From positions 2,170,001 to 2,234,000 of the forward strand of contig OZ374558.1 in assembly GCA_977862235.1 (NCBI GenBank): 64,000 bases of DNA, given 5' to 3'. Every line of letters starts with the position of its first letter. Positions within the stretch are counted from its first letter, which is position 1. This stretch comes from Dudresnaya verticillata (lineage: Eukaryota). This document shows positions 43,501 to 55,731 of the stretch, piece after piece. Made by a program: the position numbers and the translations under genes. The notes beneath the pieces were generated by a model. That model ran no database searches. It was not told where the DNA came from and saw nothing but the letters and a program-made list of their open reading frames with translations.

Positions 43501-45611
43501 ACTGAGGCCGGGGCTTAAGGCGCAGCAGCGGTGTTTCCCGCCCAGCGCACGATACCCCAACGGATCTACGGGCTCGAACCACACATCTTGCGACACCTTC
43601 CCATCAGGAAGCCAACGCCTTCTTCAAAATATTCGTCTCGACGCAGAACCAGGATGTATCTTTGCGAACAATGTCCCCGACCGCATTGATTCTGCAGCGC
43701 GATTGGAATCGGCACCAGATCGTGAGCAGCTGCCTTCCTCTCTCCGTGCCGGATCGATGAAGAAGTCCCTCCCTCTACGCAGGAGGGGCGCCAGGATCAC
43801 ACTTTGTGGAATGCGCATTTCGGCCATATCGAAACGCATCTTTCCTGGGAGGTGGTCTTCGAGATAGTGGTGATACTGGAGCTTGTCCTGCGCTAGCTCC
43901 GTCTGACCTGCTTCGAGAAACGGCGGGAGAAGTATAGCTGTTAGCGTCCTTTTGTCCGGATTTGGAGCGTCGGTCATGATGAACAAGGTTTGGTGCATCT
44001 CGGCGACCAGGTTGCGCGGATCCAAGAAGTTCGATTTTGTTCGGTCCAATTCTGTCGATAGACGGCTGTGTTTGGTGGGGTGATCTTCATCGGTCATCTT
44101 GGTTGTTGGGCAGTGGGAGGTGCGTGCCTGTACTTCTATCCCGCGTGCGCAGTAACAGGCGAGCATTAACTTCGTTACCATACGCCTTGGAGCATAAACC
44201 CAAGCACATCATTGACAAGACGCGCTCTCTTCGGTATTATCGTCATCGAAACGCCAGATGGTCACGTCAAGATCCATGATCTCAGACTTCCTGGACTCTT
44301 CGCAGTAGAAAAACAAAAACTGATTCGTCATGTAGGCAAATATCGAGAAGAGTGTTGCACGGTAGAACCACTTATGCTTAACACAATAAACCCTGACTAT
44401 GTCTTTCTTGAGAGGCCTTCGTACGCCGCACAACCAGTGTGTCTCGCCACTTTGCGACATGCGGCGCCGAGCCGGTCAACGAGGGAAGGAATGCACCAGT
44501 CGTGGAGGCGGCCCCTGTCGCTCCTTCCTGTAGTCCAAGGTGGCACTCTGTACGGGCGGGCCGCAGGCCGTTGGGTACACATCACGGGTAAAAGCGAGTA
44601 CCATGAGTTCTGTTCGGTTAACGCTGCTTGCTAGATCGGATGGTAGATATCTCGGGAGGTGGTCTTCGACAGGGAGGTGATAGCGGAGGGTGTCCTGCAG
44701 GAGCTCTGTTCAGGCGGCTTCGAGAAAAGGCGGGAGAAGTATTGCACGTCCGGGTTTGCAGTTGCCGGTCATGATGAATAAGGTTTTGGTGCATCTCAGC
44801 GACCAGGATGCACGGATCCAAGAGGTTTGATACTGTTGGGTTCAAGGCTGTCGATAGACGGCTGTGTTTAGTGGGGTGGTTTTGATCGGTCATCTTGGTT
44901 GTTAGGTGGTGGGAGGTGATGATTGGGTTGAAGTGGGAAGGGTATCTAGAGGAACAATTGTTTGTCTCTACTTCTATCCCACGTGCGCTGTAACATGCGA
45001 GCATTACCTTCGTTACCATACGCCTTGGAGCATGAACCCAGGAACATCATTAAAATGACGCGCTCTCTTCGGTATCAGTATCATCGTCATCGAAACGCCA
45101 GATAGCCACGTCAAGATCCACGATCTCAGACTTCCTGGACTCGTCACAGTACAAAACCAAAAACTGATTCGTCATGTAGGCAAATGTCGAGAAGAGTATT
45201 GCACGGTAGAACCGCTTATGCTTAAGACAATAAATCCTGACCATGTCGTTCGTGAGGGGCCTTTGTTTGGCGGGATCTTCATTTTCTTCCTTCCTTTCAT
45301 TCTGGGCATCCATCTTGACCGCCAAGACCGACAGACGATTCTTGAGCTTACTAGAATGCTCAGAACTGGACGTTGTGTTCGGGCAGGACTTCTTGATGTT
45401 CCCGGAATGCGTTCCCCTCAGACTCAATCCCGGAGAAGTGTCCCTTCTGTCGTTGCGCGAGCAGTAGACCTCATTCTTGTCGTTCATCGTGAAATGCAGG
45501 ACTCCTTTTTTATCCGCAGTTATTTTGGTTGGAGTGGTTGTTCAACGGCACAGGGATTTTCAGTGGGAAGGCAAACAGTTGTTGAGAAAGGGCGCGAAGA
45601 CGGACGGTCTA

Positions 45612-46265
45612 TGGAGGCGGCTGGTCTGGCGGCTCTTCGAGAGGCGACCCCTGAAGTTGCTGCCCGAGTCGTGGCTCGTCTTGCTTCTCCCTTTCAGCCC
45701 CGTCGCCTTGCATCTTCACGTTCGGAAGACGTCGAGGGATCAGAGAGGACGCTTCGTCGCTACGAGGACGTCCATTTGGTACAATAACCTCATGGGTAAT
45801 CTGAAGAGTACAATAAAGAACTCTTATGACTTGTCCTGTATCTCCATGTGTGGCTCTCCTGTGAATTAGTTACTTCGGCAGTAGAGTAGTACTCCATATC
45901 AATAGCGTAGAATAAATATAAAAAGTGAGAAGGACCGCCATGGTGCCGTTTCATTTGACTCCATGAGATAATGCCGTCGCTTGGCCTTGTGGTTGCGTGA
46001 CTGTAACGCTCTGAAAGAAGGTTCGGGATGAATCTTATCAATTCTGCGAAGCCTGTACCCCCAGGTCCGGACGGTCGCGTGTGGCTAAACCACCGCCAAT
46101 ATCGTAATTACGAGTCAACATTGTTAACAAAATGGTGTGCGGGATGTGAGCCAGCGTCTCCCAGGTGTAATTGATGGGTGTATAACCATACCAACGCACC
46201 TTATATTGGTACGAGCATTGCCGTAGAGTGGCCCCGGCCAAGTAGCCGTCGCTCACACGGCGCAA
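45612..46265 (-). mobile_element. Remnant of an older chromodomain Gypsy element (3' end of pol)
   Basis: Minus-strand YKVRWYGYTPINYTWETLAHIP (~46130-46210) matches the chromodomain motif Y-x-V-R-W-x-G-Y...TWE. The extent to the left is inferred. Confidence 0.75.
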
Positions 46266-46269
46266 CAGA

Positions 46270-46868
46270 TGTCATGGGGACAAACTATCACGTTGGGCAA
46301 TAGCTCAAGAGAAAGGGTAAAAAGGTGTGGTCAAGACTTGTAGTGGGTGTAATACCCAGAAACAAGGAAGAAATAAGGCGAACCCTACTGTATTATAATG
46401 GCTTCAAGCCAGAAAACCGACGGTAACATAGCACGACAGCTATCTTGAAGCCAGTTCCACTCTTGTGGTTGGTAGCTCTTAAAGGGGGTGGGAAAGACAT
46501 GAAAGGGCTGCGAGCCCTGACTAAGAAGGGTAAAGGAAAGGCGAAGCGTACCTCTTAGAGCAGTCCTCGTAGGTAGCACGGCTTGTAAACGCCTAAAGGG
46601 GGTATGTAGCTGTGATACCGTGAGAGTCCAAGAAGGGGGAAAACCCCAGGGCACACACCGCTGCCCGTTTAATGCGTGGCCCGTGCTACTCGGGGGCCTA
46701 ATAAACACGGCGGGAGCCGGAACGTTACTACCCGCTCAGTTGGAGCTCTAATACTAACAGTGAGCTAAATACTGTACACTAACAGTTACAGTAGCGATTA
46801 AAATTAGGAATGAGCAGTCATACCGCTTCCGTGCCTACGGCATCACTGTAAGACGAAGACGCCGTGCG
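46270..46868. mobile_element. Possible LTR fragment of an unrelated element, interrupted by the main Gypsy
   Basis: Begins TGTCATGG right where the chromodomain remnant breaks off, and looks non-coding with a composition shift. No second copy in the window to confirm. Confidence 0.3.
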
Positions 46869-47642
46869 TGTAGTATAGCTGTCAGCACCCTACCAGCAGC
46901 GGCTGTAAGGTATGCTGGCAGCCCTGCCCTGTAAGGGTGCACACGATGACGCCCACTGGCGAGTCGTGGTTGGGCAGCGTGCCCTTAGTTTTTTCGTTGA
47001 ATTAGTAGCGGTCGACCGCATTGCTGCCGGCAGCGGCCGCGCGCCGTGCCGCACACGGCGCGCCCCTGTGACGCTCTCCGGCATCGAGCCGTTGAGAGGG
47101 CCGCTGCCCGTTACGCCCCGCGCGCGCCCACGGGTAACCGTTACCCGGACGTGTCGACACGTGTATGGGCGCGCGCTCGCACACCTCCCGCGTTGGTGTT
47201 GTGGGGCGCACCTACTGTAGAAGTAGTCGTAGTGTACATAGTACAGGGTATTTAAGACCGTCGGCCATCGACGGCTCTGTAAACCGGGCAAGCAACAGCT
47301 CGCGCTGAAGCTTGTCCCCAGCCTTTTCGGGTTCGATCCCTTTGCCTTACGCCAGCGGGCGGTTTCCATTTTTCCCCTTGCCTCGCTAGGCTTTCCCCTT
47401 TCCTTTTCCTTTCCGTCGGCTTCGTGCCGCCCTTCGACAGGGACGCTGGGATCCCGCCGCTGCCTACCCGCGTACGGTACGCCCCGTGCGCGCTCCGGCA
47501 TCGACGCCGTCGATCCGCACGTGCGGGGCGCACGCGGCCGACACCGCTCTACCAACCCCAACAGCTACCCATCGACGGGTCTGTGTGGCGGCTTCGGATC
47601 AGCAAGTATCAGACGTCGGATCGACCCGACGTCTATACTACA
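46869..47642 (+). repeat. 5' LTR (774 bp)
   Basis: TG...CA ends with 10-bp terminal inverted repeat TGTAGTATAG/CTATACTACA. TATA-like TATTTAA at 47249-47255. About 15 substitutions versus the 3' LTR by eye. Confidence 0.97.
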
Positions 47643-47657
47643 CTGATCTCCCGACCT
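47643..47657 (+). promoter_or_regulatory. Primer-binding-site position, non-canonical (CTGATCTCCCGACCT)
   Basis: Lies immediately 3' of the 5' LTR but reads TGA instead of the TGG expected for pairing with tRNA CCA. Confidence 0.45.
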
Positions 47658-47709
47658 AGAAGTCGTCGAGACCCAAGTAGTTCTCGCATCGACGCGATCC
47701 AAGTAAAGG

Positions 47710-50323
47710 ATGTCGAGTCATCCTGACCCGGCCGCTGCCGGAAAAGTTGAGGACGCGACGCGTCGCACCTCAATACTGAGTACCATCGGCGTCTCAGGTA
47801 CTCCTCTACACAATGTGAGGCTCGAGCGGAGGGCCGCGCTGCAAAAGGCCCTCGCCGGGAGTCTGGTCTCGGTGGCCGACCTCCAGCTGCTGTATGAGGA
47901 GACCATGGACTCGCTAGCCGAGGTGTACGACCACCTTACAGCTTCGATAGCTGCGGCGAAGGCCGACGGCCAGCAAGACCTGGACACTCCTCGACGCGGT
48001 CCGTTGGCGTCCATCGAGGACGGAATAACCCGGTCACAGGGGCTCCTCGATGAGCTACGCGGCCGCGTTGAGTTGATAACGCGCCCCGATGCGGCAATGC
48101 CAGCGGGCTACAGGCCCGTCTTCGGCGCAGCGCTCTCCTCCGCGACCGCAGTCACCAGCGGGTGCAGTTCAAGAATTGGCCGCTGCCATACTTGCCAAGC
48201 CACGAGCTCGGCATCGTTTTCCTTCTCCACCGCCATCTCCACCGAGGAGGGCGGCGGGGTCGCACCATCCGAGTGGGGACCCCAATCCGTTTTATGGGGT
48301 CGACCCCAGGTTGCTCCAACAAGCCCTCGACGGGCAAAACACAAAGGGGGGACCGACCCCCCGACAGCACGAGGGCCCCGTCTCTGCCTATTGGCATTGG
48401 GGCCCATGACAGGCATCGAGCCTTTAACCACGTTGGTGCCAGAGTTCACTAAGGCGATCGACTACCGCTCGTACCGTCTCGATGACGTAGATCAGCGGGA
48501 CAATCAACAGCAGGTGTGCAGCGGCAACACTGCGAAGATTGTCAGCCGCATGAAGGCCCTGATGCCCCGGCTCGACCGGTTCGACGGCAAGGAGCCGATT
48601 CGCCTGCTTGGTGTGCTTCGACAGCTACGCCAAGCATTCAATGGCGTTGGACTATCCGAAGGCGCAGCGGCGCGCGTGGTGTCCTGGTTCCTCGATGGAA
48701 CCACGTCGCAGGTGTACTCGAGTCACCTGTTCTCTGGGGTGCGCACAACGCAGCACGGCACCCCACCCTGCTGGGCCTCGGTGGTCAATACCCTCGTAGA
48801 GAGGTTCGTCACGGACGACGTCATCGCAGACGCCCATGACCGGCTGACCACCGCCAAGCAGAGGGACGCCGAGTCCGAGCTTGAGTTCGCTACTCGCCTC
48901 GAAGGGTATGCGGACGCCTGCGCTGGCGTGTACTCCGATGAGAACTTGATGCATCAGTTCCTTCGGGGCCTGCTGCCCACCACAAGACCCGCAGTGGCGG
49001 AGAAGGTCAGGCAGCTGCCTATGGTCGAACAGACCAATTTTAGTACCGTTCGTCGGATTGCCCATAGCGAGGGCACAACCTACCGCGCCCGTTCGGCGAA
49101 GGCAGCGCAGCCTACGAACACCTCGGGGCGCGGCAGGTCAGGTGGCAGCTCGGCAAGCGGCCGTACACTGCTCATCGAGGGCCCATCAAGCTATCCTAGC
49201 GGGGACGTTGCTATCGACAGCACAATGCTGGTGGACCCCGACGCCGACGGGTTCGAACCCGTGATGGTCGCACCCGCGCTATCGACAGGGTCGGCCGAGG
49301 CCGTCGAGACCCTCGACATTACAGGACGTATCGACGCGGTCCTACCCAAGCGCATACCACCGCTCACTCCAACGCAGGAGGCGATGGCACGCGCAGTCAT
49401 CCCTGATCGACAGGGATGGTACATCTGCTGGTTCTGCCATGTATTCGTGCCCGTACCTCACGAAGGAACAGCAGACGTACTGCGCGTATGCGAACTGCAA
49501 CCATCGAATGGAAACGCAGCCGCATTCGCGCAATATGCTCCAACAGCTCATCGACGAGCGTGCGCCAGCGGGCGCAAGTACAAGGAATCCCGCACGGCGC
49601 TACGACGGGCCGCCGGGTGGGGACCGACGCTTCGACGCGAGAGGTCCCCCGCAGCGCATGGGCGCACCAAGGTACCGCGGAGAGCCGCAGGGATACCGCG
49701 GGGATCGTCGAGACCCACGCCGCGAGTACCGCCAAGGCGACGCACCGCGGTTCCTGCTGCGCTATAAGCGGGTCGGCTTCGACGAGCCCGCTGGCCGTCA
49801 ACCTCAGGCATCGACACCTCCGATGGCCGACCCGTGCCGCGAACTGCTTCGAGCAGTTATGACGGTGCAGGAGCACGCTTGCCTCACCGCCGACGAGTGG
49901 CTTCCGCAAGCGCTCGACGCGCGGCACAAGGGAGAGACAGCCGGCGGGCAGGGAATCGATTCCCCTCTCCTTTTTGACACGCCCCCGCGATCGACGCGAG
50001 GCGCCTCAGGGGTTACGAAACACCCAATCGCAATCGAGCACGAAAGTTCGGATTCCGAGGATAATTCTGACCGGGTCGATCCGGAAAAGAATAAAGGCGG
50101 CGCCGCTCGTGCGGTCGCGCGCACCGTCTTGTCCAACACCAGACCCACCGTCGCTTCCACCTTCGACGGCGTTGGGGGCAGCGAGCCCCCACGTCGGGCG
50201 CAGCGGCGCTTCGAAGGACACGAGCGACGTCCCGGTCGACGGGACGTCGTGGGCGACGTGTACCAAACCACCCTGGCCGCCGCGGTGTCGACGCAAGCGA
50301 CAGGCCAGGCGGAAAGGGCATAG
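47710..50323 (+). pseudogene. gag: gag, frameshifted
   Basis: Retrotransposon capsid-like segment RFDGKEPIRLLGVL...WFLDG...W...VNTLVERF...KQRDAESELEFATRL...QFLRGL. The zinc knuckle is split across frames (ICWFC in the 47710 frame, MYSCPYL in the 49439 frame). True 3' end uncertain. Confidence 0.85.
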
Positions 50324-50429
50324 CTCCCCGACGGCGGGACAGGCGGTACCCGAAGCTCGACGCGAGGGTACCGGGGCTCCATGCATCGACGCAGAGCCGG
50401 CCACTACCCCCGATGGGTACGTGTGCCTC

Positions 50430-50894
50430 CTGTCCTCCGAGATTTACCAAGTGTCCGGGTCCCTCGGTGCGGACCCGCGGATTATGATACCCCACACCAT
50501 CGCGGTGGACACCGGCTCCGGGTACAACCTCATCGCTCGAGGTGCCCTGCCCGCAGGCTGGGAGGAAAACGCGTCAGAGATAGACTCCGTGCCACGCCTG
50601 GCAGGCGCCGACAAGACTCCGCTGAGGCTGTCCGGCGTCGTCCACCTCTCCATGAGGTTGGGTAACACAACGTTCCGCGTGCCTTTCATCGTCGCCGACA
50701 CGCTCGCGGTCGACGTAATGATAGGCACGCAGCTTATCAACGCGCACGTGCGCGGAATCGACGTCGATTCGAGAAGGCTGACCCTGAGGAAAGGAGGCTC
50801 GGTGCCCATCCTCAGCTGCAGGAACCCTAGCGAGGGAACCGTTCTGGCAACGCAGCCGAAGAACCCATCGAAGGGTTTGTCGAAGAAGCACTAG
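50430..50894 (+). pseudogene. pol: pol aspartic protease region, followed by an in-frame TAG at 50892-50894
   Basis: IAVDTGSGYNLI catalytic motif and DVMIGTQLI motif. The same frame continues into the 50949 ORF. Confidence 0.9.
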
Positions 50895-50948
50895 CGGGAG
50901 CTCCTCGACTGGGATCACGATACCCACACCATACGCCTCACTAGGCAG

Positions 50949-52810
50949 GTGGTTGTACCAGCCTACTCGCAGAGGCTCGTCTCGGTGGCGTCGGGGGCTA
51001 GTGGGTTAATCCACACGGAGCCCAAACCCTCGTTGCAGTTCCACCACGGCGTGAGACTGACCAACGGGGTGCAAGATATCGAGTCGGGGCGACCCTTCGG
51101 GGTTATCTTAGGCAACTGGACGGAAAAAGCCCGGACCCTACCGAAGGGTACCGTGGTTGGCTATGCGGTCCGCAACCCAGTCGCCCTAATAACCCCGGAC
51201 CGCGACGTCGCGGAAGAGTTCGGGAGGGTGATGAATATCACCACCCTTCCCCACAAAGGGCAGCCGCCCAGGGGTAAGGGGAGCAACGACCCCCCAGTCA
51301 CGCCGTCGATGGCAAGGGGCCCTGAGCTCACAAAGCTCCAAGGGGCAGCAACAGCAGCGGCGGAGAAAAGAGAGTCCATCGAGGACTGGGAGTCGCAGGT
51401 GGACCTTTATTCTATCGAAGACAAGGTCACCCGCGACGAAGTCCTCGCCATGCTTCGGAAGCATCAGTCCATGTGGGACGGGAGGCTAGGCACGATTGCC
51501 GCTACGCAACACCACATCGACGTGGAACCCGGCACGCGGCCGATTCGCTCAATGCCCTATCGACAGGGCCCCGCTATGCGGAAGCTCGTACAGAACGAGG
51601 TCGAGACCATGCTGCGTGCAGGGGTAATTGAACCCGCCACGTCGGAGTGGGCATCGCCAGTCGTTCTGGCGCCCAAGAAGGATGGCACGCTCAGGTTTTG
51701 TGTGGACTATCGACGTCTTAACATCAAAATCCTGAGCGATGCGAACCCACTCCCACGCATGGATGACTGTATCGACAGTCTTGGCGACGCTGCCATTTTC
51801 TCCACGCTGGATTGTAACGCGGGGTACTGGCAAATCCCTGTCGCAGCGGCTGACAGGGATAAGACCACGTTCACGACGTTCCTAGGGACGTTCCGCTACC
51901 TGCGGATGCCCTTCGGCCTGAAGAACACCCCCGCGACTTTCCAGCGTGCACTGGACATCACACTCAGCGGAGTTAGATGGCAGTGTTGTTTGATCTATCT
52001 CGATGATGTGATCATATTCTCGCGGTCGATCGCGGAGCACGTCGGTCACCTAGACCGCGTGCTGACTCTGCTTCGCAAGGGCGGCGTGTCCCTGAAGCTG
52101 AAGAAGTGCCACTTCTTCCAGTCCTGCGTGGAATACCTCGGTCACGTGATCGAGCCGGGGAAACTACGCATGGCGAAGACAAGCATCGACGCGTTCCGCC
52201 ATGTGCAGTTCCCGACCTCCCTAACGAAGGTGAGGTCGTTCCTCGGGGCGTGTAACGTTTACCGCCGCTTCGTCAGGAACTTCGCGAAGATCGCTCGTCC
52301 GCTGACGGATATGACCCGCAAAGATGCGGATGTGGATTTCGATAATCCAAACGCAGCGGCGCTAGAGGCATTCGAGACGCTGCTAGCGACACTCTTATCG
52401 CCTCCTATCTTACGGGTCCCGCGCGAGGGCAAGCCGTACGTCCTCGACACGGACGCATCGGCTTACCAGCTCGGATGCGCCCTGCTCCAGGAGCAAGAGG
52501 ACGGCCAGTTACACCCCGTTGGGTACTGGTCTTACTCACTAAGCTCAGCGGAGCGAAACTACTCGGCCACGGAGCGCGAGTGCTTTGCAGTGGTGTGGTC
52601 GATCACAACCCTGCGTCCCTACATCGAAGGGACTCGGTTCACGGTACGAACCGACCATGACGCCTTGCGCTGGCTCATGTCCTTGACCGATTCGTCCGGT
52701 CGCCTCACCCGCTGGCGGTTACGACTCGCGGAATTCGACTTCCAGATCGAGTACCGCCCGGGTAGGGTACACCAGGTGCCGGACGCGCTGTCCCGCCTGG
52801 TGAGGCCTCG
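50949..52810 (+). pseudogene. pol: pol reverse transcriptase and RNase H
   Basis: SEWASPVVLAPKKDGTLRFCVDYRRLN, MPFGLKNTPATFQR, YLDDVIIFS, RSFLG, LDTDASAYQLGCALLQ, NYSATERECFAVVW, TDHDAL and VPDALSR. Frameshift shortly after DALSR. Confidence 0.97.
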
Positions 52811-52915
52811 ACGGCAGAAGAGGAGGTTGACGACGACTTCCCTACCTATGACCCCCCGGCGGTCGACCGCCAGAAGGAGGGTGCCTCGAGTACCGAACCC
52901 AAGGCACCGTCGGTC

Positions 52916-54650
52916 TTGCTGGCCACGCGGTCCCAAGCCAACGCGTCGACGCGGAAGGCGCCGGATCGACCGGCTGCAGTGGGCGGTACTGGCAGCGAAG
53001 CCAAGGAGCCCTCGGACAGCGATGAGCCACCGGGGCTTGCCGACGACGAAGCCTGGGATGACTGCGACGACGTCGACCTCTTCGACCTTGGCCGCATCGA
53101 CGCGAGCCAAGAGCCGACGGACCTAACCCGGGTCGAACCGGTGAAGCTCCCATCACCAATAACCGTCGAGGAATTGGTGGATGCGCAGCGGCGCGACTCT
53201 TTTTGCCAAACAGTGTTGGCACGGCAGTCCCGTCGACAGGATAGCCACTTCTTCGAGGACGAGGACTGGCTCCTGTGCCGGCGTCACACCGTCATCTCCT
53301 CGTTGGAGCAAATAGTGGTGCCCGAAGCACTACAGCCGCGGCTTCTCACGCTCGCGCACCACTCCCTCCTGGCTGGCCACCCTGGCCAGAACGGGATGTT
53401 CTACACGCTCCGCGAGAGCTACTACTGGCCACACATGTCAGCGGACATAGCCAGGACAGTTCGGAACTGTCGGCACTGTGCCAGGAGCCGCATACGCTTG
53501 CGGAGGTCCCTTCATCGGTTGAAGTTGTTCCCAGCCACGAGGCCGCTCGAGTCGCTCGCGATCGTTATCCTAGGGCCGCTGCCCAAGACGAAGTCAGGAA
53601 AGCGGTTCCTGCTCTTCATGACGGATCGATTCACGAAGCTGACTCAAGTAGCGCCGCTGCGCACCATCACAGCGTACCACGTCGCAGTGGCGTTCTGTGA
53701 GAGGTGGATCTTCCACTACGGACCACCGAGGTCTCTGTTGTCCGACAACGGGAAGCAATTCACCTCTAAGTTCTTTCAGGCAGTGTGCCACTACCTCGGA
53801 CTGAACAACGTGTTCACGTCTGCCTACCACCCGCAGGCGAACGGTCAGGTTGAGCGCTACAACCGGACCGTCATGGCCATGTTGAGGAATTACATCAACG
53901 ATCACCAGGACGACTGGGATCGATACGCAGCGGCGTTGACGTATTTCTATAACTGCCATGTCCATCGCACGACGCGGGCGACACCCTTCAGCCTCGTGCT
54001 GTCCCGGCCGCCGCCGGATTTCACTAAGTTTCATAAGGCAGCGGCCAGACCGAAACCTAGTGAGGACGTGCGCGCGGACTTCCTCAAGCGGCTCGACGCC
54101 GCCTTCGCAAGTGCATCGAGCGCTCTCGAAAAAACGCAGCGGCGTTACAAGAAAGACTTCGAAAAGCGTGTCAGAAAAGTCAACTCCCGCATTCGAGCGG
54201 GGGAGTACGTCTTCATCGACGCGAGCGATGGGGTTAAGAAACCCAAGAAGCTCCAGAGCCCAGCGATAGGGCCCTACCTTGTGCTGCTTAACGACAAGCG
54301 CACGCTGTTTATCGACAGAGGCGGCTTGGTCGAATGCATCGCAGCGGACCGCGCCTTCTACTGTCCCCCGCCGCTACGGGAGGATACTGCGCAGCGCAGC
54401 GCATACTTACCCACCACTGAGGAACTCGCGTCCAAAGCCGTCGACGACCCGCGGTTCGTGGTGGATAAGGTCCTTGACCACGGCACTGCCGTGGATGGCA
54501 CGCTCGTGTTGAAGGTGAAGTGGACCGGCTATCGCAAGCCGACGTGGGAGCCACGTTCCCATCTCCCCCGAGGAGATTGTGAGCCACTATTTCGCATCGC
54601 AGCGGCGGCGAAACACCAACCGGCTCGAAGCCGTTCGCTCCTCCTCATAA
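52916..54650 (+). pseudogene. pol: pol integrase with GPY/F motif and C-terminal chromodomain
   Basis: HHCC zinc finger (HHSLLAGHPG...CRHC), SDNGKQF, YHPQANGQVERYN, GPY, and chromodomain FVVDKVLDH...KVKWTGYRKPTWEP. Removing one C in CTCCCCCGAG restores LPEEIVSHYF... ending at TAA 54648-54650. Confidence 0.95.
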
Positions 54651-54671
54651 CCCCTCGGCGGGGGCGCCTCG

Positions 54672-54689
54672 CGCTTGAGGAGGGGGCCG
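54672..54689 (+). promoter_or_regulatory. Internal copy of the polypurine tract directly after pol
   Basis: CGCTTGAGGAGGGGGCCG versus the terminal CGCTTGAGGGGGGGCCG at 58935-58951. Confidence 0.7.
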
Positions 54690-55731
54690 CAGGCATTCGT
54701 TGCCTTTTTGCAAAGGCAATCGATGCCTCACCCTACCCTGCACTGGGCACCGAGCCCAGACAGGTCACCCTTGCGCCAGCAGCAGCGGCAGCAGCGCAAG
54801 AGGGGGCAGCAGAACGCTGATTCCGGCGCATTGATGCGCGCAGGGCAGCTCCCAGCTAACCAAGCCTGGGGCAGCAGCCCCGGGCTGATCGCACGCACTC
54901 GCAAGCGGCAAGGAGACGCAGCCGATACCTCGCCTTCGCGCGTGACAGGCGTCGACGCCTCACGCACGCAAGGTAAGGGGCGCTGACCAGCGGCTACCGA
55001 AGCTGCTCACCAGCGCCGCGCACGCGGCGCTACCGTCGCTCACTCCAGTGCAACCCTACGCGCCAGCCGCAGCGGCTGCTGAGCGAGGAGGGGTCACACC
55101 AGCGTGAGTGCGGAGCGGGCGCGTCGACGCGCCCAAGGCCGTCGCTTTCCAAGCGAAGTGGTGTGGGACAAAGGGCAGCGGCCCGATCGCCATTTCACTC
55201 GGATGCACCAGAGTGCCGTTGCACTCGATGTGCAACGGCACCCCAAAAGCGGCGCGCCGCCGGCAAGTGGGTGCGAGGCAGCGGCCTCGCCGAAGCTAGC
55301 CGCAGTGGCACCAGGCGCCCAAGACGGGCGCGCAAGGGCAATCACTGTGGTCTCCCCCATGCCAAGGCGGCATGCCGCGCAGCGGCGCCGGGGCGCCACA
55401 TGGGATCGGCACGCTTGCCTATTGCACCTGAGCAGCGGCTCACGCAAGCCCCGCGCCGAGACGACCGCTGTCGTGGCGCAGTGGCGATGCACGCGGGCTC
55501 GATGCGCGCGCGCGCAGCACTCACCTTGGGCAGCGGCCCGACGTGGTAAGCTGCTGCGCCGGCGAACGCTCTCGCCACAAATAAGTTCGCATCGACGCGG
55601 GCCGAAGCCATATCCAACCCCTTTCCCTTTTAACATGTCTAACGACGCAGCGGCGTAACTGGACTAAAAGGCGCAGCGGCGCTCTAATCGCTGGGTGCCA
55701 CGGCCCCCGCGGACACTATGCGTCGATCGCA

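Larger units (their letters stand above)
1..45611. repeat. Tandem array (macrosatellite / tandem segmental amplification) of a 6,044-bp unit, ~7.55 copies visible, open at the left edge
   Basis: The ORF set recurs at exact 6,044-bp offsets (e.g. 1316, 7360, 13404 ... 43624). The window start GTGGTTCTCCACAATCC recurs at 6045. Identity to the unit ends after ...GGACGGTCTA at 45611 (unit position 3303). Confidence 0.99.

Noticed and set aside
46890..47561. 223-aa minus-strand ORF duplicated at 58976-59644
   Set aside because: Lies wholly inside the GC-rich LTRs, so the duplication is due to the LTR. No protein-like features.
55094..55658. Additional ~180-aa ORFs on both strands in the cargo region
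   Set aside because: GC-rich, stop-poor sequence with mirror ORFs, and the sibling fragment at 59726-60099 has a deletion here.
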